Below are positions 1 through 8,046 of a stretch of 26,223 bases of DNA, in pieces. Position numbers and translations under genes: made by a program. How positions within the stretch are numbered: the stretch's first letter is position 1; each line of letters starts with the position of its first letter. Origin of the DNA: a virus (Duplodnaviria > Caudoviricetes). The stretch covers positions 1-26,223 of the IMG/VR virus record IMGVR_UViG_3300006867_000078. One strand, written 5' to 3'. The notes beneath the pieces were generated by a model that worked only from the letters and a program-made list of their open reading frames with translations, was not told the DNA's origin and ran no database searches.

Positions 1-511
1 CGCCGCGTTCCGTGTCGTAAGATAGTTGCGGATAAGTGGCAAAATGGTGGGCTTCGAAGTTACGGTTCTCACCGCCAGAAACAGTCACGTTCCGGTTGAC
101 CACAAACGTCGTGTCAGCCACGGTCGCGAACCGTAGGCTTTGAGCATAGTCAGTCGTTCCGCTAGTCAGGTAGTCGGTTGAGGCGCTATCGTCCACTTCG
201 ACCCGCAACGCTTGCCCGGTGTCAGCATCGAAGGCACGCAGCCCGTTACTGTCTACGGTTAGCGCGTAGTGTTCCGTAGCGTCTCGGTCAATCCAGTGCA
301 CCGCAGCCTTATCGTCTAGCACCAAGTCACTTGTCGTACCGTACGGGTGCATTTCGCCCAGCCACTCAGCGGCTTGGCGTTTCTGCATGCCCGTCACCGG
401 ACTAAGCATCGCGTTCTCGCACGCTTCCGCTGTGTTGCTGTACCGCAAGTTGTCTGCCTGCTGCGAGACACCGCCAGTTAGATTTGGGATTGTGTCTGAG
501 ATAAGCGGCAC
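1..511 (-). CDS. Tail tubular protein B (T7 gp12-like), N-terminal part; runs off the window
   Basis: Manual translation from GTG at 511: MPLISDTIPNLTGGVSQQADNLRYSN..., matching the gp12 N-terminal motif (IPNL.GGVSQQ.D). GGAG lies upstream and the gene directly follows gp11. Not in the ORF track because it is truncated. Confidence 0.9.
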   Translation of the reverse strand, partial: MPLISDTIPNLTGGVSQQADNLRYSNTAEACENAMLSPVTGMQKRQAAEWLGEMHPYGTTSDLVLDDKAAVHWIDRDATEHYALTVDSNGLRAFDADTGQALRVEVDDSASTDYLTSGTTDYAQSLRFATVADTTFVVNRNVTVSGGENRNFEAHHFATYPQLSYDTERG

Positions 512-513
512 GA

Positions 514-1107
514 TTAAACTCCCTGTCGCCAGGTAACGCTGCGTGTTGTGGTGCTACCAGTGAGCATGCTGTACCCACTGACGCGTAGGTGTTCTGTCAT
601 AAGCGTGCTGTACGCAATCGCTTCGTCAATGCGGTCGCCCTGCGCCAAGCTTTCGCTACTGATCGTTTGCTCTTGGAACATTCGCGCTGCACGCAGTGTA
701 ACAAAGCGGCGCGCTGATTCCGGCATTTCGTCAAACGGTAAGCTAACGGTAAGGTTAACGGTAATGTCCTTGTCAAAATTGTACGTGTGCTTGCTGCGGT
801 CGTAGAGCCTACGGCCTCGCTGCACTAGAGCCAGTCCTTTGTCTTGCCCTGCGGGTTCCACCATCATCGTGTTCGTGGGCAGAACGATTTCGCCTTTATT
901 GTTGCGCAACATTTTGCGCTCAAGGTCGGTATTCCAGTGCCAGCTTTTAGTTTGTAACTCACGGCTAACGTTAGTGAGCAAGCTGCGCGCCATCAATGCG
1001 TCGACAAGCGTTTCGTCTTCCAAGCTCGATACACTGGTTTCGCCAATGTTGTTCAGTATCGCGTTGACTGCTTCAAGCTCCGTGCTTGCAATAATGGCTA
1101 AGCTCAT
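514..1107 (-). CDS. Tail tubular protein A (T7 gp11-like)
   Basis: STELEAVNAILNNIGE..V, W.WNT and LPFDEMPESARRFVTLRAARMFQ are gp11-family motifs. Start moved to ATG 1107 because the longer ORF (1152) begins inside the capsid terminator. Confidence 0.92.
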   Translation of the reverse strand: MSLAIIASTELEAVNAILNNIGETSVSSLEDETLVDALMARSLLTNVSRELQTKSWHWNTDLERKMLRNNKGEIVLPTNTMMVEPAGQDKGLALVQRGRRLYDRSKHTYNFDKDITVNLTVSLPFDEMPESARRFVTLRAARMFQEQTISSESLAQGDRIDEAIAYSTLMTEHLRVSGYSMLTGSTTTRSVTWRQGV

Positions 1108-1126
1108 GGTCCGTACCTTGTCTGTG

Positions 1127-1153
1127 AAAAAAAGGTGGACCCGAAGGCCCACC
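1127..1153 (-). terminator. Intrinsic terminator after the major capsid gene (positional analogue of T7 Tphi)
   Basis: Minus strand reads GGTGGGCC-TTCG-GGTCCACC-TTTTTTT: an 8-bp stem (one G-U pair), a UUCG loop and 7 U. Confidence 0.9.
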
Positions 1154-1164
1154 CTTAAGCGGCT

Positions 1165-2175
1165 TTAGGAGAACGTTCCTGTAATGCCGATGATGCCTTC
1201 TTCTCGCAGAATACCATGTCCTACTGCCATACGTGCAACTGCAAGTTGTCCTTGGCGTCGAATATCATACTCAGCCTCTGTTGCCAGAGTCATAAGCTGA
1301 ACAGTACCAAGTGCTTCTCGGTGCATACACAGCGCCAAGAAATTAGACATGTTGGAACCGTACTTCGACTGGAAGTCAGGGTACTTTGCCGTGTTTGCAG
1401 ACGCGCCGTGGTTGACCGCCATATTGTTGGTCATAATGATTGGCATGCCAGCAACACGCAGGACGTTAGCGTTTGCGTAGTCACCGTTTGGTGCGGTCAG
1501 AAAGTCCCGGTTCAGAATCTTGTCGTTTTGTACCAGCGCGTAATACACTTTTGGTGGTACGAAACAGTTGATTTCACCTGCGACGTTCTTTTCAGCAAAC
1601 TTCTGTGCAGCCAAGTAGATACCGTCAATGATGTCGGACGTGGTGTTAGCCGTGGTGTTGGTTGCACCAGCCGCGTCAGTATCAAGATCAATCTTTTCAG
1701 CTACATCTTGGTCAGCAATACCCGCAGACGACGGGGTGATAACCTTAGAGCCAGCCATGCCGAAGAGGTTGCGATCATAAGTTTGCGCAAGTGCCTGACC
1801 CATTTGGGTAGAGAACTCAGCGCGAACATCGTAATGATTTTTTGCTTCCTCGTAATTTGAGATAAATGTGTGTGCAATTAGCATGTCGTCTATAGTGACA
1901 ACTACTTCGTCTTGCTTCACATTATTACCTAGGATTTCCGTCCCTGGCGTGTGGTACTCAGCCACGGTCTTGCCGATAGCTGCGAAGGTTGCGGATTTAC
2001 CTGCCTCAATCGTACGCACACGGGTGCGCTCACGCAGGACAGTTGCCGCGTTAAAGGTTGCAAGGATTTCGTTACCAAAAACCTTAAGGAAAAGTTCATT
2101 GCGGTCCGCATAAGTTGCAGCAGACCAGTCAGCGGCATTCTTGATACCAAGATGCGCCGGAGTAGCATTAGCCAT
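1165..2175 (-). CDS. Major capsid protein (T7 gp10-like)
   Basis: LFLKVFGNEILATF, R.RTI..GKSA.F, YHTPGTEI, VTIDDMLIA, HYDVRAEFS.QMGQALA and MAVGHGILR are gp10 motifs. Strong AGGAG RBS. Confidence 0.97.
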   Translation of the reverse strand: MANATPAHLGIKNAADWSAATYADRNELFLKVFGNEILATFNAATVLRERTRVRTIEAGKSATFAAIGKTVAEYHTPGTEILGNNVKQDEVVVTIDDMLIAHTFISNYEEAKNHYDVRAEFSTQMGQALAQTYDRNLFGMAGSKVITPSSAGIADQDVAEKIDLDTDAAGATNTTANTTSDIIDGIYLAAQKFAEKNVAGEINCFVPPKVYYALVQNDKILNRDFLTAPNGDYANANVLRVAGMPIIMTNNMAVNHGASANTAKYPDFQSKYGSNMSNFLALCMHREALGTVQLMTLATEAEYDIRRQGQLAVARMAVGHGILREEGIIGITGTFS

Positions 2176-2210
2176 TTCGATGACTCCTAAGAATGGCCGT
2201 TAAACTGAAA

Positions 2211-2272
2211 CGGTTGTCCGAAGGGCCGGGCCGTGATTTGGGGGTGTGCGCGGTTGTCCCTTGCGGGGCCGC
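2211..2272 (-). promoter_or_regulatory. Duplicated hairpin motif (CGGCCC...GGACAACCG) in the capsid leader
   Basis: Minus strand copies CGGCCCC-GCAA-GGGACAACCG (2251-2271) and CGGCCC-TTCG-GACAACCG (2211-2228). Both fold as a CGG/CCG stem, an asymmetric loop containing ACAA, and a capped hairpin. Confidence 0.55.
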
Positions 2273-2277
2273 TCGTC

Positions 2278-2493
2278 TTAGTCTCCGCAGTACGCTTGAC
2301 GACTAAGGTTGTTCTCTAATGCACTCCGCTGGGTCAGCGGTGTGTCTGCGGGAGAGACGTAGATGTAGCGCCACGCGCTGCACGTGCTTTCCCTAATCCT
2401 CTCGATACCATCCGTTTGCGCGCAAGCGCTGACGAACAGCATCATCGTTAAGACGCCTAGCTTCCTCGCGTGCTTCAGCAGCTTTCTTGCCAA
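2278..2493 (-). CDS. Outer-membrane spanin (Rz1-like lipoprotein)
   Basis: Basic N-terminus, hydrophobic stretch and lipobox VSA-C; two further Cys; overlaps the 3' part of the i-spanin in another frame; GAGGGG upstream of the TTG start. Confidence 0.75.
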   Translation of the reverse strand: MARKLLKHARKLGVLTMMLFVSACAQTDGIERIRESTCSAWRYIYVSPADTPLTQRSALENNLSRQAYCGD

Positions 2494-2617
2494 GTAGCTC
2501 AGCCCCTCGTACCTGCTTGTCTATCGCCGTTGTCTGCCTGCGGTGTGTCGCCAAAAGATAAAGCGCCACGGCTACGCCAGCACCAAACGCCGCTAGAAAA
2601 TTCCGTATTGCTTGCAC
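2393..2617 (-). CDS. Inner-membrane spanin (Rz-like)
   Basis: One N-terminal TM segment (FLAAFGAGVAVALYLLA) followed by a helical Ala/Arg/Glu-rich region; lies between the endolysin and the overlapping lipoprotein. Confidence 0.7.
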   Translation of the reverse strand: MQAIRNFLAAFGAGVAVALYLLATHRRQTTAIDKQVRGAELLGKKAAEAREEARRLNDDAVRQRLRANGWYRED

Positions 2618-3364
2618 TTAACGCTTGCCTTTTCGCCAATCGTCGTATCGCACCCACACTAAATACATGGAAATAAGCGCCAACGCAACTAATGCGAATG
2701 TCGTGTTGTCTTTAATAAACGCTGCGATTTCATTAGCGGGACCGATTGCAGGCGCAAGCGCAGTGGTTCCAGACACAATTGTTGCGACGGTTGCAGCCTG
2801 TACTGTGCGGCTTTGCGCTACGTTTTTGCGAACCTCTTTCCACGGGGACAGAAACAAGTTGCGTTCTGCCATCCTCCGTTTTTCCAAGCCTCGTAGCTTT
2901 TCACCACCCGCGTAAACCCAGCGCTCAAACTCATCCGCAGCTTTTGCGCGTAGTCCACTGTTGAGCTTACGCAAGAGTGTGCTGTCACGAAATGCGCCGA
3001 TGCCAACGTTGAAGGTGAAGCTAACAAGCGCGTCAAATTCGTTCTGGTTGAGCTTAACGCGCACGGCTTCACGCACGGCTTGCTCATACCCAATGATATG
3101 CTCGCGGAACATGTTCCACGTGGCGTCCTCAGAGTACAGCACGCCTTCCTTGAGATCAGGAACATCGTAGGTCGTGATGCCCAAGCCTACAGTCAGCACG
3201 TTCGGCTGCGCTAGGGTGTCCATGTAGACACGACGGTACTTAATCGGCACTTCATCGTACCCACCCGGATAAGGCGTCGTGCCATCACTAAGTTTAATAG
3301 ACGTGGCCGCTTCATAGTACGCAATCAGCGCAAGCCCACGGTCACTGAGTCGAAGTTGTGACAT
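2618..3364 (-). CDS. GH24 phage lysozyme (endolysin) with hydrophobic C-terminal tail
   Basis: LSDRGLALIAYYE, TVGLG, LNQNEFDALVSFTFNVGIGAFRDSTLLRKLN, EFERWVYAGG and GLEKRRMAERNLF are GH24 motifs. The C-terminus carries hydrophobic segments. Confidence 0.92.
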   Translation of the reverse strand: MSQLRLSDRGLALIAYYEAATSIKLSDGTTPYPGGYDEVPIKYRRVYMDTLAQPNVLTVGLGITTYDVPDLKEGVLYSEDATWNMFREHIIGYEQAVREAVRVKLNQNEFDALVSFTFNVGIGAFRDSTLLRKLNSGLRAKAADEFERWVYAGGEKLRGLEKRRMAERNLFLSPWKEVRKNVAQSRTVQAATVATIVSGTTALAPAIGPANEIAAFIKDNTTFALVALALISMYLVWVRYDDWRKGKR

Positions 3365-4131
3365 TACAGATTACTCATTCCAATGCGCCGCTCAACGTCT
3401 TCACGGTACGCATTATCGTTGCGATAGCGTGGGTCATTGATTGCCTCAATGATTTCAGCTTGGCTGCGGAACCCTTCGATAGCGGGTAGGCTACGGCCAG
3501 ACACACGGCGCGTCGGGTCTTGCGCTGGGGCTTGAGCTTGGAAGTCAGAACGGATTTGGTTCATTGCCATCCGCACGGTTGCCAAGTCGTTACTCGCTAG
3601 CATGCCGTTCAAGCGCTCAATCATGCCATCATCGTAATTGCGCGCAGCAAACGTTGACATGGCGTCCACACTTTCCTGACCACCAAACTCGTTGATGATC
3701 TGTTGCCGTGTCTGTTCAGCTTGTGCCACTCGCATGTCACGCACCTGGTCCACAACAGCACGTGGCACGCCCATCTTTTCGAATTGCTCATACGTGCTGT
3801 CCGATAGCTCGCCGCCATTCTCCAAGAACTCAGTTTCCGCAGAACTAATCAGCCCGTCCATGTTGGTCGCAGACTCTTGGGTTGCCTGTTCTACTGCTTC
3901 CTCTTGTTGCTGCTTGTTCGAGCCTAGTTTCTTCTCAAGCTCTGCGTAACTACGCGCCATGTCTTCCGGCGTCTTGAATTTTTGTGGCAACCAATCCGGT
4001 CTCTCAGGCGTATCGTCTTGCGCTTGCGCTTCCGTAGTCTCTTCAGCATCTATTGCAGCGGCTTGTTCCTCTAGTGTTGGCCCTGTGTTTTCTTGATCTG
4101 GAAACGGCAGGTTGATCTGGTTCTCTGACAT
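3364..4131 (-). CDS. Capsid scaffolding protein (T7 gp9-like)
   Basis: Acidic; RPDWLPQKFKTPEDMARSYAELEKKLG and FRSQAEIIEAINDPRY..D.AYR..V motifs; follows the portal. Confidence 0.93.
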   Translation of the reverse strand: MSENQINLPFPDQENTGPTLEEQAAAIDAEETTEAQAQDDTPERPDWLPQKFKTPEDMARSYAELEKKLGSNKQQQEEAVEQATQESATNMDGLISSAETEFLENGGELSDSTYEQFEKMGVPRAVVDQVRDMRVAQAEQTRQQIINEFGGQESVDAMSTFAARNYDDGMIERLNGMLASNDLATVRMAMNQIRSDFQAQAPAQDPTRRVSGRSLPAIEGFRSQAEIIEAINDPRYRNDNAYREDVERRIGMSNL

Positions 4132-5672
4132 TATTGCGCCTCTTGTGGTGCTAACTGTTTGACTGCTTGCGGCGCTGCGCTCTGCGCTATGCTCGCAAGT
4201 TGTTGCTGTTGGATTTGTTGCTGGGCGGCTGCTTGTTCTTGTTGCAGTTGGTCAGCCGTTTTAATCAGCGAGTCTGACTTAATGCCCAACGCTGTTGTGG
4301 CACGGTCAATGAACTCGGAGATGTTCACGTACGTGTCTATCTTGTCTGCACCCAGCGCGCCGATTAGTTGCATCAGCGTTTCCATGTTGCGCAAGTCGTA
4401 CTGACGACCAAACGCAGCGGTTCCTGTGACAACCGTAGGGGTAACAAGCCCGTTGGTGTTTTCGATCTGCTGTTGCTTCTCCAAGCGTGCGATCAGGCCA
4501 CGGGCCAGTGGGTCTTGCAGTTCTCGGGCAAGCAGGGTGAACACGCCACCTAAGTTTTGCTCCATGTTTTGTTGCTGAAGCTCAACTTCACGCCGGGTAA
4601 CTCGATCACGTCCCTCAAGATTAATCGCATCGAACAGCATAAAGCTTTGACCAAGGCGTTGCTCAATCTGGCTAGCCGTTTGCGCTGCAATGCTTAGGTC
4701 TACGGCTTTGTCTTGCTGTATAACCGCCACGTCTTGCGCGTTGCCTGCAACAAAGTCGCCCGTCTCTGCTTTAGCCAGTGAGTCTACGTCAGTGATTCCG
4801 TTCGGGTTCACAACGTAGACAACCTTGCTTGCCATTGCGCTTGCCGCCAAGATGTTTGCGGACAGACGCTCTAAGCTATCCAAGTCGCCAAGGTGTTGCT
4901 CGCAGAAACCACGCCCGTAGTCTTCCGCATCCACCTGGTTCCAGCGAAGTGCGATCAGTGGCGGCGTGTTAAGCGGCCAGCTACCTTCACTGCCCGGTAC
5001 GATAACGCCTTCGATTTCCTGATACGTGTGCCAGCGGCCACCGTCCCGATAGAACTTCGTGTAAACCGTCACGTTTTCTTTCGGGTTCTGGACTGTAATT
5101 AACGATAAGATTTCTTCGTCAAGAACAGCGGGTGACACGGCTTCCTTGATTACAGCTTCAAGCAAGTTCCCGCTGTCGTCTCGCATGACCACGTACTTGT
5201 CCAAGCTGTAGACACGCACGCCACCACTCGACGGAAGGTACAGCAGCGCGTTACCCGCCACGATCAGGTGCTTAAGCGCCTCGTGAATTGCGCTGCGCAT
5301 CCCGCTTCGCTCAACTTCAGACATTACTGTGTCTTCGATAGCGTGCAGGTCTTTGTCTATCTCAGTCGCCGCTCTTGGATTCTGCGGGTCTTTCTTGCTT
5401 TCTAGCAAACGTTTCGCTTGCGCATCCGTTGGGACCAGCCGGAAGAACGGCATGTCTGGCGGCAACAATGCAAGCAGCAGACGCGCAGCCAAGTTGTTCA
5501 CACCACGTGAGCCAACGCCTTGGTGCGGGGTAGGGAGCCGTGTGTCACTTGTCGTGCCTTCGGGCGGGATGAGATACGGGTGCGTGAGCGCTGAGCATTC
5601 GCGCGCCCGGTCAAGGTAGCTGCGCCGCAAACTGTCAAGCGCCTCGTACCGTTCTGCGCAGGGACTAGCCAA
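4131..5672 (-). CDS. Portal / head-tail connector (T7 gp8-like)
   Basis: QGVGSRGVNNLAARLLLALLPP..PFFRL, EALKHLIVAGNALLY, YVVMRD..GN and EDYGRG..E..LGDL..LE motifs. Confidence 0.97.
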   Translation of the reverse strand: MASPCAERYEALDSLRRSYLDRARECSALTHPYLIPPEGTTSDTRLPTPHQGVGSRGVNNLAARLLLALLPPDMPFFRLVPTDAQAKRLLESKKDPQNPRAATEIDKDLHAIEDTVMSEVERSGMRSAIHEALKHLIVAGNALLYLPSSGGVRVYSLDKYVVMRDDSGNLLEAVIKEAVSPAVLDEEILSLITVQNPKENVTVYTKFYRDGGRWHTYQEIEGVIVPGSEGSWPLNTPPLIALRWNQVDAEDYGRGFCEQHLGDLDSLERLSANILAASAMASKVVYVVNPNGITDVDSLAKAETGDFVAGNAQDVAVIQQDKAVDLSIAAQTASQIEQRLGQSFMLFDAINLEGRDRVTRREVELQQQNMEQNLGGVFTLLARELQDPLARGLIARLEKQQQIENTNGLVTPTVVTGTAAFGRQYDLRNMETLMQLIGALGADKIDTYVNISEFIDRATTALGIKSDSLIKTADQLQQEQAAAQQQIQQQQLASIAQSAAPQAVKQLAPQEAQ

Positions 5673-5931
5673 TGTTCAATCCAGTGTAACCAGTGGTGTT
5701 GATTGGCGGCGAAACCTTAGCATTGCTTGGCCGCTTAATCATAAGCAGCGAACGAGACGCCACGCCTTTCTTCCCGCCTGCCATAGCGGGTGCCTGCTGT
5801 GTTGGCCCCATCTTTTCCGTTGGTGCGGGTGTAACCGCTGGGGGCTGCACGATTACCACGGGCTGTGGCGGTGGGGGTGCAGGCATGGGGGGCATAGGTG
5901 GGGGTGCAGAGTTTCTACCGCCAAGACACAT
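5665..5931 (-). CDS. Small Pro-rich virion protein (T7 gp7.3-like position)
   Basis: Begins MCLGG, Pro-rich, KKG..SL.I and C-terminal GLNI; sits immediately upstream of the portal as in T7-like phages. Confidence 0.7.
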   Translation of the reverse strand: MCLGGRNSAPPPMPPMPAPPPPQPVVIVQPPAVTPAPTEKMGPTQQAPAMAGGKKGVASRSLLMIKRPSNAKVSPPINTTGYTGLNIG

Positions 5932-5935
5932 GGCT

Positions 5936-6121
5936 CTAACCTTTCATGTTTTTCGCTAGCTGTTGGTCGTAAAGGTGACGCAAGTGCGACTGCACTTTTA
6001 CTGCGCCAACAGATTGCCAGACCTCGCGTTCGCTCCATTCGATGCCTGGGGCTTTGTCAGGAAAAACTTCCGCGAGGTAATCCAATAATTCTTCGGTGAT
6101 AGCAGGGGGTTTGTTAGGCAC
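5936..6121 (-). CDS. Conserved small hypothetical protein of T7-like phages
   Basis: MPNKPPAITEELLDYLAEVFPDKAP...EREVW..VG..V..L. GTG start at 6121 with GGAGG upstream, overlapping the end of the RNR gene (longest ORF starts 6169). Confidence 0.7.
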   Translation of the reverse strand: MPNKPPAITEELLDYLAEVFPDKAPGIEWSEREVWQSVGAVKVQSHLRHLYDQQLAKNMKG

Positions 6122-7769
6122 CGCAGACACCTCCCTTGCCACCGATCTCGCAAACATCATGGGTCTCAATAAACGTGATGCCTTGCTGATTCGACGCTTC
6201 GCTGTAAGGCACAGCAGTCAACGGCTGACCGCCACGTGAACCGTCCGCGTAGAACGTCAAGCCTCGCAGCTTGTCCGCGTAACGCGCAACCAAGTCCACG
6301 TAATCGTCAAGCGTGTCTTCGTTGTTAAGCTCATGGCCCCACGCTGGCAGGTTCACCGTGCTACTGATCGACTGGTCCACGTATTTCTGCACGTCCGCTT
6401 GGAATTTTAGCCTGCGTTCTGGTTCTGCTGCCAAGTCCAGCGCACTTTCAATCTTGTCAGGGTCCACGCCGTAACGATCAATCACCTCTTGGGCAGCGCT
6501 ATCGACAACGTACTGGTATTGCCACTGATTGTCTGGACCCAGCCAGCGGCGCTTGTACGCAACAGCAAAGAGCGGCTCGATGCCCGTGGTCGTGCCAGCG
6601 AGGATGCCAATGCTCCCGGTCGGGGCAATAGCGCGCACGCCCTTTGGCCGCGAGACACCAAGAGTTTTGGAGAACGCGGTCGCTTCCGCATCCGATGCGG
6701 TCTCGTATACATCTAGCCACGAATGCAATTCATCGTTCACTTCGTAGTTATACCCACGCGCCAGCAACCATTCGTGTAGGCCCATGATTCCAAGACCCAG
6801 CCTACGGTTTAACTCGCGAGTGCGGTAACATTCTTCATACGGCAAAGCGCTCGCCAAAGTACCACACAGCAAGAACTTTGTCACAAGGCGGGTTACGTCC
6901 TCTAGTTCTTGCAAGTTTTCGATGCGGCTGAAGTTGAGTGACGCTAGGTTGCACACGTCGTGCGGCGTGTCGATGTGGCTTACTACTTCTGTGCACGCAT
7001 TACGAAGCGTTTCGCCCTCATGCTCAAACATGTTGAAGCTGAATCCAGGTTCGCTCGTCCGCAACGCTTGCTCGACGTTCTTGCGGAATACACGACCAGG
7101 TTCACCCGTCTTGTAATACTCTTGAACCCATTCAGTGTCGTAGTTGACGGACACGTTCATCATGTCTAACGGGGCGGGAAAATTAAAGTCTTCAGCCTTT
7201 ACGTCTGCGATTGTTTTCCCCGTCCCAGCAATAGGCATGTCGTGCCAGTTCTTTGCCGCCAAGAAATCGTCTATGTCGCCGTGTTTCCAGTTCAAGCTGC
7301 CGTACATGGCGCTGCGACGGTCTCCACCTTGGCGCACCTGTCGGCCAATCTCATTAATCATTAGCGCCTTGCTTACTGCGCCTGACGCTACGCCACCACT
7401 GCGCTTCAGCGGGGAACCCTTTGGTCGGTACGCGGAGAAATCAATACCGATGCCGCCACCCATCGTCAGGCAAAGCTCTGACCAGCGGGACAGATTAGCC
7501 CAATCCTGACGGGTGTCTTCCGTTGCTGCTAGCAAAAAACAGTTATTGTATGCCTTCCATTCCTTGTTCGCGTTCGCCAAGTAGCGTCCACCAGCCAACC
7601 ATTTGAACTCGGTCATGTACTGCACAAGCTGGTCTTTGTCGTCCGCAGGCATAAGGTCGCCACACACCGCGTCCACTAAAGCGCGGCACAGCTTGGGCCA
7701 TGTCTCTGCCCCTTCGTGAGCGTATTTCTGGTTGAAAATAGTGGTAGCGAATTCATTACGAAACATCAT
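6114..7769 (-). CDS. nrdJ: Class II (adenosylcobalamin-dependent) ribonucleotide reductase
   Basis: NNCF, GGGIG.D.S..RP, RRSA, active-site RNACTE, CNLASLN, LGLGIMG, APTGSI, GIEP, DQSISST.N and a C-terminal Cys pair (VCEIGGKGGVCGA). No beta-subunit gene is adjacent. Confidence 0.88.
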   Translation of the reverse strand: MMFRNEFATTIFNQKYAHEGAETWPKLCRALVDAVCGDLMPADDKDQLVQYMTEFKWLAGGRYLANANKEWKAYNNCFLLAATEDTRQDWANLSRWSELCLTMGGGIGIDFSAYRPKGSPLKRSGGVASGAVSKALMINEIGRQVRQGGDRRSAMYGSLNWKHGDIDDFLAAKNWHDMPIAGTGKTIADVKAEDFNFPAPLDMMNVSVNYDTEWVQEYYKTGEPGRVFRKNVEQALRTSEPGFSFNMFEHEGETLRNACTEVVSHIDTPHDVCNLASLNFSRIENLQELEDVTRLVTKFLLCGTLASALPYEECYRTRELNRRLGLGIMGLHEWLLARGYNYEVNDELHSWLDVYETASDAEATAFSKTLGVSRPKGVRAIAPTGSIGILAGTTTGIEPLFAVAYKRRWLGPDNQWQYQYVVDSAAQEVIDRYGVDPDKIESALDLAAEPERRLKFQADVQKYVDQSISSTVNLPAWGHELNNEDTLDDYVDLVARYADKLRGLTFYADGSRGGQPLTAVPYSEASNQQGITFIETHDVCEIGGKGGVCGA

Positions 7770-8046
7770 TCATCCCCAGTTCTTCACGTGCGATTTCTTG
7801 TTTGATTAGGTAGTGCAGATAAAATTTACATTTCAGCAGGTCTTTAAGCGGCGACCCTTTGTGTTTGTATCGGGTCAGATACTTTATGCAGTTTGCCTGC
7901 GCTGGATTCATGTCGTGCGACATGATGTAATCCAGGCACTCAATGCCCTGCGTGTAGTGGTCGGGGTGGTAAACTTCTGTGGTGCCAAACTCTGCGTCTG
8001 GTGCGGCAAAGCTAAGCTTTAATTTTGCTAAGTCGGCGGGGTCCAA
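7756..8046 (-). CDS. DUF3310 protein (T7 gp1.7-like nucleotide kinase family)
   Basis: V.HP.HY..GIEC.DYI, N.IKY..RY..K and DL.K..FYL signature. Confidence 0.85.
   Translation of the reverse strand: MDPADLAKLKLSFAAPDAEFGTTEVYHPDHYTQGIECLDYIMSHDMNPAQANCIKYLTRYKHKGSPLKDLLKCKFYLHYLIKQEIAREELGMNDVS

Noticed and set aside
1165-1200. T7 gp10B-type frameshift extension of the capsid
   Set aside because: No slippery sequence is visible before the stop, and a terminator follows within about 12 nt.
5820-5905. G-rich stretch as a G-quadruplex or regulatory repeat
   Set aside because: Explained by Pro codons of the minus-strand gp7.3-like protein.
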